Positions 1 through 9,804 of a stretch of DNA of 64,000 nt are shown here, piece after piece. The position numbers and the translations under genes were made by a program. Origin of the DNA: Vulcanimicrobiota bacterium (lineage in GTDB: Bacteria > Vulcanimicrobiota > Vulcanimicrobiia > Vulcanimicrobiales > Vulcanimicrobiaceae). The notes below the pieces were generated by a model. That model made no database searches, was not told the DNA's origin, and saw only the letters and a program-made list of their open reading frames with translations. Within the stretch, counting starts at the first letter, position 1. Each line of letters starts with the position of its first letter. The stretch lies in the NCBI GenBank assembly GCA_963795855.1, contig CAWCIZ010000003.1:704001-768000 (forward strand), given 5' to 3'.

Positions 1-1330
<1,330 letters not shown>

Positions 1331-1337
1331 AAACGTG

Positions 1338-4206
1338 CTACACGAACGGCGCGGGACCGACTACGTCGCAGGCGCGTGCCAGAAGATCCGCGACCGATTC
1401 GCGAGAACCGGCCGCGGCAATCGCCGCGAACTCCGCGTCACCGAGCGCGCTGCGCACGCCCGACAGTTTCGCGGCATAACGCGTCTCCAAAACCGGCGGA
1501 CGCGGGACGCGGCGCTCGAGGCGGTACGACTCGATGAAGCCGTGAATGCGAGCGGCGTCCAGCATGCGGCCGCTGCCGGCCGCAAAAAAGACGACGGCGT
1601 CCATGCATTCCGTGAAATGTTCGGGGTCGTCCGTGAGAATGTCGCCGCAGATCGCGAGCGCTTCCTGTAAAACGCCGGCTGCCTCGTCGCGGCGGCCGAG
1701 TTCCGTCGCATAGACGCCCAGCCAGTACAGCCACACCGCTTCCTGCTGGCGCGCGCCCAACGAGTGCGCCGTTTCGACGCTTCGGCGGCTGAGCGTATAC
1801 GCGTCGTCGTTGCGTCCCTGCGTGTAGGCGAGTTGCGCCATGTTCCCGAGGATGATGCCCTCGATGCCCTTCTTGCCTGCGCTTCGCGCGCTCGCCAGCG
1901 CCTGTTCCAGAAGCTCTTGCGCGCGATCCAACCGGCTCGAGTCGAAATTGATCAGCACGTTCGCCAAATTCACGCGCATCAGCGATGCGTTCTCGGAGTT
2001 GAGTTCGTCGTAAATCGTCGCGCTCTCTTGATACGCGCGTTCGGCTTGATCCGCGTCCCCGAGCGAAAGATGCGCGTTGCCGGCGGCGCCGAGCGCTTGC
2101 GCGGTCAAGCGGCGATCTCGCGTTTGCCGCGAGAGCTCGACGGCAATGGACGCGCTTTCGAGTGCGAGCACCGGATCGCTGAACAAAAGCATGCACGCAT
2201 TCGCAAAACGAATCGCTGCCCGGTGCTCGACCTTCATGGCCTCTTCCAGCGCGATGAGTTTTGCGAGGTACTCGCGTCCGGTGCGAAGCTGCGTGTAGTG
2301 GAACCAGTAGTGCGTGAGGTCCTCACCGATCGTGACGGCCGTTTCGAGGTCTTGCCCGTCGAGCGCCCAATCGAACGCGGCGTAGACGTTGTCGATGTCG
2401 AGTTTGAGCTGCTCGAATCCCACGTCGTATCGGCCGGCAACCGGATTGCGCGTCACTTGATGCGCGAGAGTGCGATAATACGCCGCGTGGCGCCGTGCGA
2501 GATCGTCGAGATAGGCCGGAGAGGACCGGCTGCGTGCGTAGACGCGTCCGGTTTCGAGCAGCCGGAATCGCTGGCCGTACGTACCGGCTTCGGTTTGCAC
2601 GAGCGATTTGTCGACGAGGTGCCCCATCAATCCTACGACTTCGTCGTCGCCCAGGTCGTCCGCGCTGCAGATCGACGCTGCCGCGTCGAGTGTGAACGTC
2701 GTCGGAAAAATCGCCAGTCGCGCGAACACGGCTTGCTCCGCGGACGAAAGCATTTCGTAACTCCAGTCCAGCATCGCTCGCAGCGTCTGGCGTCCGGGCA
2801 GCGCGCCGCGTTCGCCTTCCGCCAGCGTTTGAAAGACGTTTTCGATCCGCCGCGCGAGATCCGCCGGCGAAAAAACGCGCAAGCGCGCTGCCGCGAGTTC
2901 GATCGCGAACGGAATTCCGTCGAGATGTCCAACGACTTGCGCGAGTTCGGCTTCGCATTCGGAGAACGAAAGATGCGGCGCGACGTCTTGCGCGCGTTCC
3001 CGGAAGAGTGCAGCGCCTGATCCTGCGTAAGCGCCGGAACCTCATATACCGCCTCGCCTGCAGCGGCCAGCCGCTCGCGGCTGGTAGCAACAATCCGCAG
3101 GGTCGGAGAACTGCGCAACAAATCGGTTGCAACGCTTGCCACCGCTGCGACGACGTGTTCGCAGTTGTCCAGGATCAGTAAGATCGTTCTCTCGGCAATC
3201 GACTCGACGAGGTTGCGCAGCTGCGTCTTGCCGGCCGTTTGCGGCGCGCCGAGCGCCGCGGCGATCGATCCGAGCACGTCGGACTCGTTCTTAGCGCTCG
3301 TCAGATCGACGATCCATGCACCGCCGCCGAAATGCGCTGCAGTTGGGATGCGGCACGAATCGCAAGACGCGATTTGCCGATGCCGCCGGGACCTTTGATG
3401 CAAATCAAACGGCGGCCGGCAAGCAGATCGCCGACCCGCTCCAATTCGCGTTCGCGTCCGACCAGCGGCGAAAGATCGTGCGGCAGATTTCCAAGTGCGA
3501 GCCCGCCGGCATGCGGCGAGGGCGCAAGCAATCCGGGCTGCAGCACCGCAAGCGCGAGTCCCGCCGACTGCGCAAGCGCCATAACTGTTTGGCGGTCGTC
3601 CGCGTCAAGTTGCTCGATCGATGCGGCGAGCAGCAAAAAGCCGACGAGTTCTCCGCGCGCAAGCATCGGGCAGGCCATCGCGCCGCCCGTTTGTGCGGCA
3701 TACTCGTCGGCATTGACCGGCGCCGAAGCGGTGCGCAAGTTCGTTATCAGCACATCGCCGGACGTTACGTCCGGCGGAGTTTGCACGAAGGACGACGCCG
3801 CGGGCCGGTATTCTCCGCTCTTCAAATACACGGCGCTTCCGCCGCCGCCGACGCACTCGTCGATCGCTGCGACGATCCGGTCGAGCAGTTCGTTTGCATC
3901 GCGGAAATCCGTGACGGTTCGCGCTAGGGTGAACAGTTTTTTCCGCGCCTCTCGCCGCCGCTTCGTGAACGCCTGTTCCACGGCGCCTTCCATGCGCTGG
4001 TGAATGGGGCGGAACGCAAAGGCGATGAAGATTGCGACGGCGAGTTCGGAGAGCGTGCTGGCTGCACGGGACGCGTGCGAAAGCATGTGCGCGACGTCCC
4101 ATTCCGCGAGCGTGAGAATGAGGACGATGCCGAAGGTTACAAGAGCATACAGAGCGGCTCGCATGCGAGCGCTCGAACGGTCTTGGGCGAGCAGCGCACT
4201 CGACAT
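1338..4206 (-). CDS. Membrane-anchored GAF + STAND (NB-ARC-like) ATPase + TPR protein; two frameshifts (~3335, ~3008)
   Basis: GGAGG RBS before ATG 4206; two TM helices; GAF-like segment; [11 protein letters not shown], Walker [52 protein letters not shown]-terminal TPR helices, spread over three frames. Confidence 0.8.
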
Positions 4207-4335
4207 TAGGCCTCCGTACGTTCTGAAATTCGAGCTTAGGTACTTTAGGCCCCGCCGTCTAGGCACTTTGTAAGGTGCCGTCTTGCCGTTGCGCGAGTAA
4301 GCTTACGCTTAAGTGCGCAACTGGGGGACTGCAGA

Positions 4336-5457
4336 ATGAGACGACCTGCTCTCGGACTCGTCATCTCGATACTATTGCTTACGGCTTGCAGCGGCGGCGC
4401 GTCTTCGCCGAGCTCGACGCCGCCTATGACCAATCCGAGCACGCCGCCGACGACCAACCCGGGGCCGCCGCCGCAAACGAGCTCGACGCAAGTCATCGAG
4501 TTTCCCTCGAGCGCAACGCTGCTCGGCGGCTTGGCTTTAGGTTCCGACGGCAACGTGTACTTCAGTACGACGACCGAAATCGGCGTGTTCTCGCCGAAAA
4601 CCGGCCGGTACACGTTGACGGCGTCGCGCGTCCCCGATACGTGGCCCGTCATTCCGACCCTTCAGCCGCGGGGTGCCGTCGCCAGCGCCGACGGAGTCGT
4701 CAGCGCGATCGCGATGAACGACACGTCCTCACCTGCGCCGCAGCAGGCGATGACCGCTGACACGTTCTGCTGCACGCCGGCACTCGTGCGTTTGACGATC
4801 GCGAACGGGTCCTTTACGGAGAACTACGGCCCGCCGAACGACGTCTTCGAGGACGTGACGATGACGCCCGACGGGACTCCCTGGGTGACTGCGAATCAGC
4901 CGACTCCGGCGGGGTTGCTGGGCTTCATCTACACCACGAAAGCCGGCTGCTCCACGGCGCTGCTTCCCGATGCCATCAATAGCATCACGCTGGGCGCGGA
5001 CGGGTTTATTTGGCTCGCGAGCGATCCGCAATTGAACAACACGACGGAGTCGCAGATCTTTCGCGTCGATCCGTCCAACGGAAACGTCGTGCACACGTAT
5101 CGGCTCGGAACCGGTTCGCTCGTAACCGGTTTGACCGCCGGTCCCGACGGCGCGCTGTGGTTTACCGACCAGGGCTTGAACGAGATCGGACGGCTCGGCA
5201 GCGACGGAACCATCAGCTACTTTTCGATTCCGACGGCTGCGAGCGGTCTTGCGGCCATCACCACCGGATGCGACGGCGCGCTGTGGTTTACGGAACAGCA
5301 GGCGAACAAGATCGGCCGCATCACGACTGCCGGTAAGGTGAGCGAGTATGCCGTTCCGACGCCGAATGCGGGCGTCGGCGACATCGCGGGCTGCCTCGGC
5401 GGCGCGATTTTCTTCACCGAAAAGCACGCGATTGGTGAGGTCGTCGTCAAGCCCTGA
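4336..5457 (+). CDS. Vgb (virginiamycin B lyase)-like beta-propeller lipoprotein
   Basis: Lipobox LLTAC, Pro/Thr linker, repeated TAGPDGALWFTDQG..IGR / TTGCDGALWFTEQ..KIGRI blades. Confidence 0.8.
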   Translation: MRRPALGLVISILLLTACSGGASSPSSTPPMTNPSTPPTTNPGPPPQTSSTQVIEFPSSATLLGGLALGSDGNVYFSTTTEIGVFSPKTGRYTLTASRVPDTWPVIPTLQPRGAVASADGVVSAIAMNDTSSPAPQQAMTADTFCCTPALVRLTIANGSFTENYGPPNDVFEDVTMTPDGTPWVTANQPTPAGLLGFIYTTKAGCSTALLPDAINSITLGADGFIWLASDPQLNNTTESQIFRVDPSNGNVVHTYRLGTGSLVTGLTAGPDGALWFTDQGLNEIGRLGSDGTISYFSIPTAASGLAAITTGCDGALWFTEQQANKIGRITTAGKVSEYAVPTPNAGVGDIAGCLGGAIFFTEKHAIGEVVVKP

Positions 5458-5461
5458 CGGG

Positions 5462-5831
5462 TCACACGCGGGCGGAAGCCGCGTAAATCTCCTTGCCGTA
5501 ATAATCGCGCATACTTAAACGCAACAGCGCGTGCTTGTGCGGATGCGCGTTCGTCCACACGCTTTCCCAGCGTTTGAGCGCGTCGGCTTTCATCGCGCCC
5601 TCGGCGTCTTCGTCCATCGAATACAAATTGTCGACGTCGACATAAACGAACAACGTCCGGTCTTTCACGTCCGTTCCCTGCACGATGTCCTTGTACTTCG
5701 TTTTGAGCGTCGCGACGGCGTTCTGCTCTTTTGCCAGCGCCGCATCTTGCGGAGTCCCCGCAGGCTGCGAGCACGCGGCGAGGGCGCACGCCAAGGCGGC
5801 GATGGCAAAGGAGTCTGCGAAGCGATGACAT
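5462..5831 (-). CDS. Hypothetical lipoprotein (probable single-base frameshift near 5808)
   Basis: ATG 5831 gives MSSLRRLL; removing one T from a TTT run joins AIAALACALAAC lipobox and a compact domain ending RDYYGKEIYAASARV. Confidence 0.6.
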
Positions 5832-5838
5832 AGCCTGG

Positions 5839-5865
5839 TAAAAATTCGGCCATAGCCGCCGTCTA
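5839..5865 (+). promoter_or_regulatory. Candidate sigma-28 (FliA) promoter
   Basis: TAAA-N15-GCCGTCTA versus consensus TAAA-N15-GCCGATAA, 10 bp upstream of the flgF ATG. Confidence 0.4.
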
Positions 5866-5875
5866 TCATGCGTGC

Positions 5876-6478
5876 ATGGATGGCATTGGATGGGCGGCCG
5901 GCGCGATGAGCGCCGCAAGAACGCGGCTGGACGTGGCGGCCGAAAATCTGGCGAATGCATCGACGGACGGCTTTCGAAAAACGGACGTGCGCGGCTTTCT
6001 TTCGGCGGCGGGCATCAGCATGCGAACCGAGCGCAGCGCGGTGCAAGGGCCGCTTAGGCGCACGGGCCGGTCGTACGATCTCGCGATTGCGGGCAGCGGT
6101 ACGTTTCGCGTTCGGAACGCCGCCGGGCGCGTCTTCGCCACGCGCAACGGCGCTTTTCGACGGGACCGGTTCGATAGGCTCGTCGACGACGCGGGACGCG
6201 TGCTGCTGGGAACGCGCGGGCCGCTTTGCGTACCGGACGGCGCGCAGATCGACGCGAGCGGAACCGTTTCTCGCAACGGCGTTACGCTCAACCGCATCGC
6301 GCTTCCCAACGGCTCGAGCCTGCGGACCGGCTTCCTCGAAGGATCGAACGTCGACGCTATCGGCGGGATGATCGACGTGCTGACGGCGCAGCGCTCGTTC
6401 GAAACGGCGCAAAAAGTGCTCTCGGCGATCGACCAAACGCGCGAACGCGCGGACACGCAAGTCGCGGAGTTGAAATAG
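5876..6478 (+). CDS. flgF: Flagellar basal-body rod protein (FlgF-like, short)
   Basis: LDVAAENLANASTDGF N-terminus, TGRSYDLAIAGSG, TRNGAF, GFLEGSNVD...QRSFE C-terminus. Confidence 0.75.
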   Translation: MDGIGWAAGAMSAARTRLDVAAENLANASTDGFRKTDVRGFLSAAGISMRTERSAVQGPLRRTGRSYDLAIAGSGTFRVRNAAGRVFATRNGAFRRDRFDRLVDDAGRVLLGTRGPLCVPDGAQIDASGTVSRNGVTLNRIALPNGSSLRTGFLEGSNVDAIGGMIDVLTAQRSFETAQKVLSAIDQTRERADTQVAELK

Positions 6479-6481
6479 CCG

Positions 6482-7209
6482 ATGAACAAAGCTTGTACGC
6501 TGCAGCGAGCGGAATGGCCGCGCAGCAGCAAAATCTCGAAATCATTTCGGAAAACCTTTCCAATGCCGACGTTGCCGGCTTCAAAGGCGCCGCAGCAACG
6601 TTTACGGACGTCGCGTCACCTGACGGCGGAACGCTCGGAACGACGGCGATTGGAACGCACGCCGTGTTCACGCAAGGCAAACTGATGCGCAGCGGCGGGC
6701 CATTCGATCTCGCAATCGACGGCGCCGGGTTCTTTGCGGTAATCGACGCGCGCGGACAACGGGCGTACACACGCAACGGAGAGTTCGCGCGCTCGGCAGA
6801 CGGCACGCTGCGCAACGCCCAAGGCTGGCGGCTCGAGGGCGTGGAGATTCCCGCAGATGCGCTCACCGCGACCGTTTCCGAAGACGGCACGCTCACCGTT
6901 ACGACGCAAAAAGGAAAGGCTGCACGCGGACGCATTCGGCTGACGGAATTCGCCGCGCCGGAGTATTTGGAATCCGCGGGCGGCTCGCTCTTCTACGCGA
7001 CGCACGAATCCGGCAAGCCGCGCAGCATCGAAGCCGGCTCGCCTGACGGGCCGTGTATTCGCTTCGGTATGCTCGAGAAATCGAACGTGACGATCGTCGA
7101 CGCGATGATGCAGATCCTTGCAACGCAGCGGGCGTACGAAGCAAACGCTAAAGGCGTACAAGCAGCGGACGAGATGATGCGCATCGCGGACAATTTGCAG
7201 CGATCGTAG
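6482..7209 (+). CDS. flgG: Flagellar basal-body rod protein FlgG (frameshift immediately after the ATG)
   Basis: SLYAAASGMAAQQQNLEIISENLSNADVAGFK, DLAIDGAGFF, YTRNGEF, LEKSNVTIVDAMMQILATQRAYEANAKGVQAADEMM. Confidence 0.8.
7146..7197 (+). repeat. Direct repeat copy 1 (flgG 3' end)
   Basis: 47 of 52 nt identical to 7981-8032, including an exact 27 bp core GAGATGATGCGCATCGCGGACAATTTG. Confidence 0.9.
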
Positions 7210-7336
7210 AACGTCTCGCCTCTATCCTGTGACTGCTTGCCGAGGTCTTCAGCCAATGCGATCATAATGCCCTCGGGGCCGCGGAGATAAGACGAGCCGG
7301 TACATGTCCTCGTCTTGTGCAATGTCGCTACGAGTC

Positions 7337-7379
7337 GGCATCCAGCTCGGACGCGCTGATGCGTGTGGCAGACAACCTC
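7337..7379 (+). repeat. Degenerate third copy of the flgG 3' end
   Basis: GGC ATC CAG..GAC GCG CTG ATG CGT GTG GCA GAC AAC CTC = GIQ..DALMRVADNL versus GVQAADEMMRIADNL. Confidence 0.55.
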
Positions 7380-7405
7380 AACGACTTTGACAAAAGCTTT
7401 AGCCT

Positions 7406-7845
7406 TCAACCGCTTTTCGCATATATCGAAAGGTGCTCTGCCTGCGTCGCCTCGCGTTTAGTGTTGTGAAAGTTGGCAGGTAATATTTTCCAGTGGTCAC
7501 CGCTCGCGAACAGTAGGACACTCGCGATGCTCAGAGACGATTCCTTTTACAGGTCCTGACGGGATGTCGATCCGTGAGTGGACGATAGCGAGCAGTGCGC
7601 TCGGCGTAATCGTACGAACGCTTTGAATGCTGAACGCGACGCTGCTGGCTTCGTACGGACCGTGAAAAATCTTCTCGTGCAGTCCCACGACCGGCACGCC
7701 GGCCTTTTACGTGCATCCCGAGCAAGTTAGTAAAATCGACATCATCGGTGCACCACTGGGCGAAGGCTTCGCCATCGCCCTGTTCCCAAGCATCGCTCAA
7801 CGCAGTGAACGTTGTCTGCAGTTGTTCGGCTGTCGTGTCGTCCAT
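7406..7845 (-). pseudogene. SgcJ/EcaC (SnoaL/NTF2-like) family protein with at least 2 frameshifts
   Basis: LSDAWEQGDGEAFAQWCTDDVDFTNLLGMHVKGR / HEKIFHGPYEAS / GDHWKI..NFHNT over three frames. Confidence 0.7.
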
Positions 7846-7980
7846 AAGGCGGTTTCCTTTTGATGACGATCCGGTAACAATCGGACGGTAGCATCCCCGT
7901 ATGGAATACGTTCTCCGCAGCCGTACATTTCCCGCCGGCAACACCGCCGCACGCTTAGTTCAGCCGCTTTTTGTGTGCAC

Positions 7981-8044
7981 CGCAAAAGGTGTTCAGGCAG
8001 CGGATGAGATGATGCGCATCGCGGACAATTTGAGCCGTGATTAG
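7981..8044 (+). repeat. Direct repeat copy 2: displaced flgG 3' end (AKGVQAADEMMRIADNLSRD*)
   Basis: Matches 7146-7197 with only synonymous differences; its TAG (8042-8044) overlaps the start of the next ORF. Confidence 0.9.
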
Positions 8045-8189
8045 CGCACCTGCGCAGCGCGTACGCGCCGAGTTCGAGGCGTTGATGCTGGAGCCGATCT
8101 TGGAGCCGATCGAAGCGGCGTTCGGCGAGTACGGCGAGATCGCGGTGCAATCGTTCGCGCAGACGCTGGCAGGGACGCTTCCGGCATGA
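8037..8189 (+). CDS. 50-aa FlgJ rod-binding-like microprotein
   Basis: GTG..TGA ORF MISAPAQRVRAEFEALMLEPILEPIEAAFGEYGEIAVQSFAQTLAGTLPA; EFEALML resembles the FlgJ N-terminal motif; ATGA overlap with fliA. Confidence 0.6.
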   Translation: MISAPAQRVRAEFEALMLEPILEPIEAAFGEYGEIAVQSFAQTLAGTLPA

Positions 8190-8848
8190 CGCGTGAGGCG
8201 CAGATTCGCGAGCTGTTTCCGCTCGTAAAGAAGATCGCGGGGCGCGTGCACCGGTTGCTTCCGGGCAGCGATCGCGGCGATCTCGTCGGCGAGGGAAGCC
8301 TCGGGCTCATTCGAGCGGTCGATTCGTTCGACCCGGCGCGCGGCCCGTCACTCGAACAATACGCCGCGCGAATCATTGCGGGCGCGATGCTGAACGGTTT
8401 GCGCAAACTCGATCCGGTTTCCGAACGCGTGCGCCGCGAAGTGCGCGAAGCCGATCGCGAACGCTACGCGCTCGCAACGGAGATCGGCGCGCTTCCGACG
8501 CAGCAGCAAATGGAAATGCGTCGCCCCGCGCTTCGCCGCGCGGCAACGCATGCGTACCGCTATACGCCGCTTTCACTCGACGGACCGTTGCCGCCGTGCG
8601 AGCGGCTTTCCGGCGATTGGTCGGCCGATCCGGGCGCGATTGCGGTTCAGCGCAACGAGTGCGAACTGGTGCGGGCGGCTCTGCACCGGCTTTCCACGCG
8701 GCATCAGCGCGTCATCGCGCTGCACTATTTCCGCGGCAAAACGCTTCATCAAATCGGCGAGGCGCTCGCGATATCGCCGCAGCGCGCTTCCCAGCTGCAT
8801 CAGGCCGCAATCCGAAATCTGCGCAAGGTGCTGCATGGCGCGTATTGA
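8186..8848 (+). CDS. fliA: FliA/WhiG family sigma factor
   Basis: PLVKKIAGR, DLVGEGSLGLIRAVDSFDPARG, RIIAGAMLNGLRKLD, region 4 TLHQIGEALAISPQRASQLH; flagellar context. Confidence 0.8.
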   Translation: MTREAQIRELFPLVKKIAGRVHRLLPGSDRGDLVGEGSLGLIRAVDSFDPARGPSLEQYAARIIAGAMLNGLRKLDPVSERVRREVREADRERYALATEIGALPTQQQMEMRRPALRRAATHAYRYTPLSLDGPLPPCERLSGDWSADPGAIAVQRNECELVRAALHRLSTRHQRVIALHYFRGKTLHQIGEALAISPQRASQLHQAAIRNLRKVLHGAY

Positions 8849-9131
8849 TCCGGATACGAATCCCGCGGTCTACGTGCCGGTTCCGCAGAGCCGCGCGATT
8901 CTGCCTCTGCTGCCCGACGACGAACTGGAGACGCCGCCGCTTCCGCGCGAACATCCGAAGTGGGTCAAGGACGCGCTGGCCGTTTCCCAGCGCGCACGCC
9001 GCATCATCGCGCAGCTCAAACCCGTCGTTATTCGCGTGCTGACGTTCTGGGACCATCAGGTGCGCGGCATCACCGTCGGCGGACGCGAATTAACCGTCGA
9101 CGTCAGCGGAAGCTATCGCGTCGAGACGTGA
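8835..9131 (+). CDS. Hypothetical protein (98 aa) coupled to fliA
   Basis: ATG 8835 overlaps the fliA 3' end; MARIDPDTNPAVYVP...GSYRVET. Confidence 0.55.
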   Translation: MARIDPDTNPAVYVPVPQSRAILPLLPDDELETPPLPREHPKWVKDALAVSQRARRIIAQLKPVVIRVLTFWDHQVRGITVGGRELTVDVSGSYRVET

Positions 9132-9682
9132 ACTCGGCGATAAGCGGAACGCGCTAAGCGAAACATCAGGATCGCCGCGAGCAGGCAAAGCACGGCGGCG
9201 GCGAACGGAGCGGCAAACGCGAGCACGACAATGGCCGCTGCGCTAATGTCCTCAAAAACGCTGATGAACGGATTGGCGATTCCCACGGTGGTGGCCGTCG
9301 AGACGACGCGAACCGAAGACGTAAACGTGTGAATGCCGAGCGCGTTCAACGCGCCGATCACCATTAAACCGATGAGTGCGTCATGACTCTGCGGATGCGT
9401 GACGCCGCCCGTGAGAATCGCCGCGGCCGCAGGTTTCGTAACGACTTGCGCCACGTGCAACACGTGATCGAGGAACGGAACTTTCTCGGCGAGCACTTCC
9501 AAGAGCGCCATACCGACGAGAACGAGGGTCACGACGGTTGAACCGAGCCATGCAAAGGTTGCGGGCGTGTGAACGTAACCGAAATGCACCGCAATCGATA
9601 CGAGCGCGAGGGGAAGCAAAGCACGGATTCCGGCGCTCGTAGTGAGCGCATAAGCTAAGGCGTACTGTGCCGCACTGTCCAT
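9113..9682 (-). CDS. DUF4126-like membrane protein
   Basis: SAGIRALLPL, LEVLAEKVPFLDHVL, IANPFISVFED motifs; multiple TM helices. Confidence 0.75.
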   Translation of the reverse strand: MDSAAQYALAYALTTSAGIRALLPLALVSIAVHFGYVHTPATFAWLGSTVVTLVLVGMALLEVLAEKVPFLDHVLHVAQVVTKPAAAAILTGGVTHPQSHDALIGLMVIGALNALGIHTFTSSVRVVSTATTVGIANPFISVFEDISAAAIVVLAFAAPFAAAVLCLLAAILMFRLARSAYRRVHVSTR

Positions 9683-9804
9683 CCCCCTCTCCCTTGCGTG
9701 CTATGGCCATCGAAGCATAGCACCGCGCGGTCTCGGAACCGTCCCGCGGCTTCTGCATGAAGCGAGCGAGCGCAGGGCGAACTTCCGCACCGACGAGGTA
9801 TCTG

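Larger units (their letters stand above)
7210..7980. mobile_element. Small island/integration remnant between duplicated flgG 3' ends
   Basis: Bounded by direct repeats, visibly more AT-rich than the flanks, carries an unrelated antisense gene; no integrase inside. Confidence 0.6.

Noticed and set aside
4336..5457. Streptogramin resistance gene (vgb)
   Set aside because: A lipoprotein with only generic propeller repeats; no evidence for lyase function.
6226..6481. Long N-terminal extension of FlgG
   Set aside because: Off-frame read of flgF; the conserved FlgG N-terminus begins just after ATG 6482.
7146..8044. CRISPR or integron attC interpretation of the repeats
   Set aside because: The repeats are protein-coding flgG tails, non-palindromic and irregularly spaced; no cas or intI genes are present.
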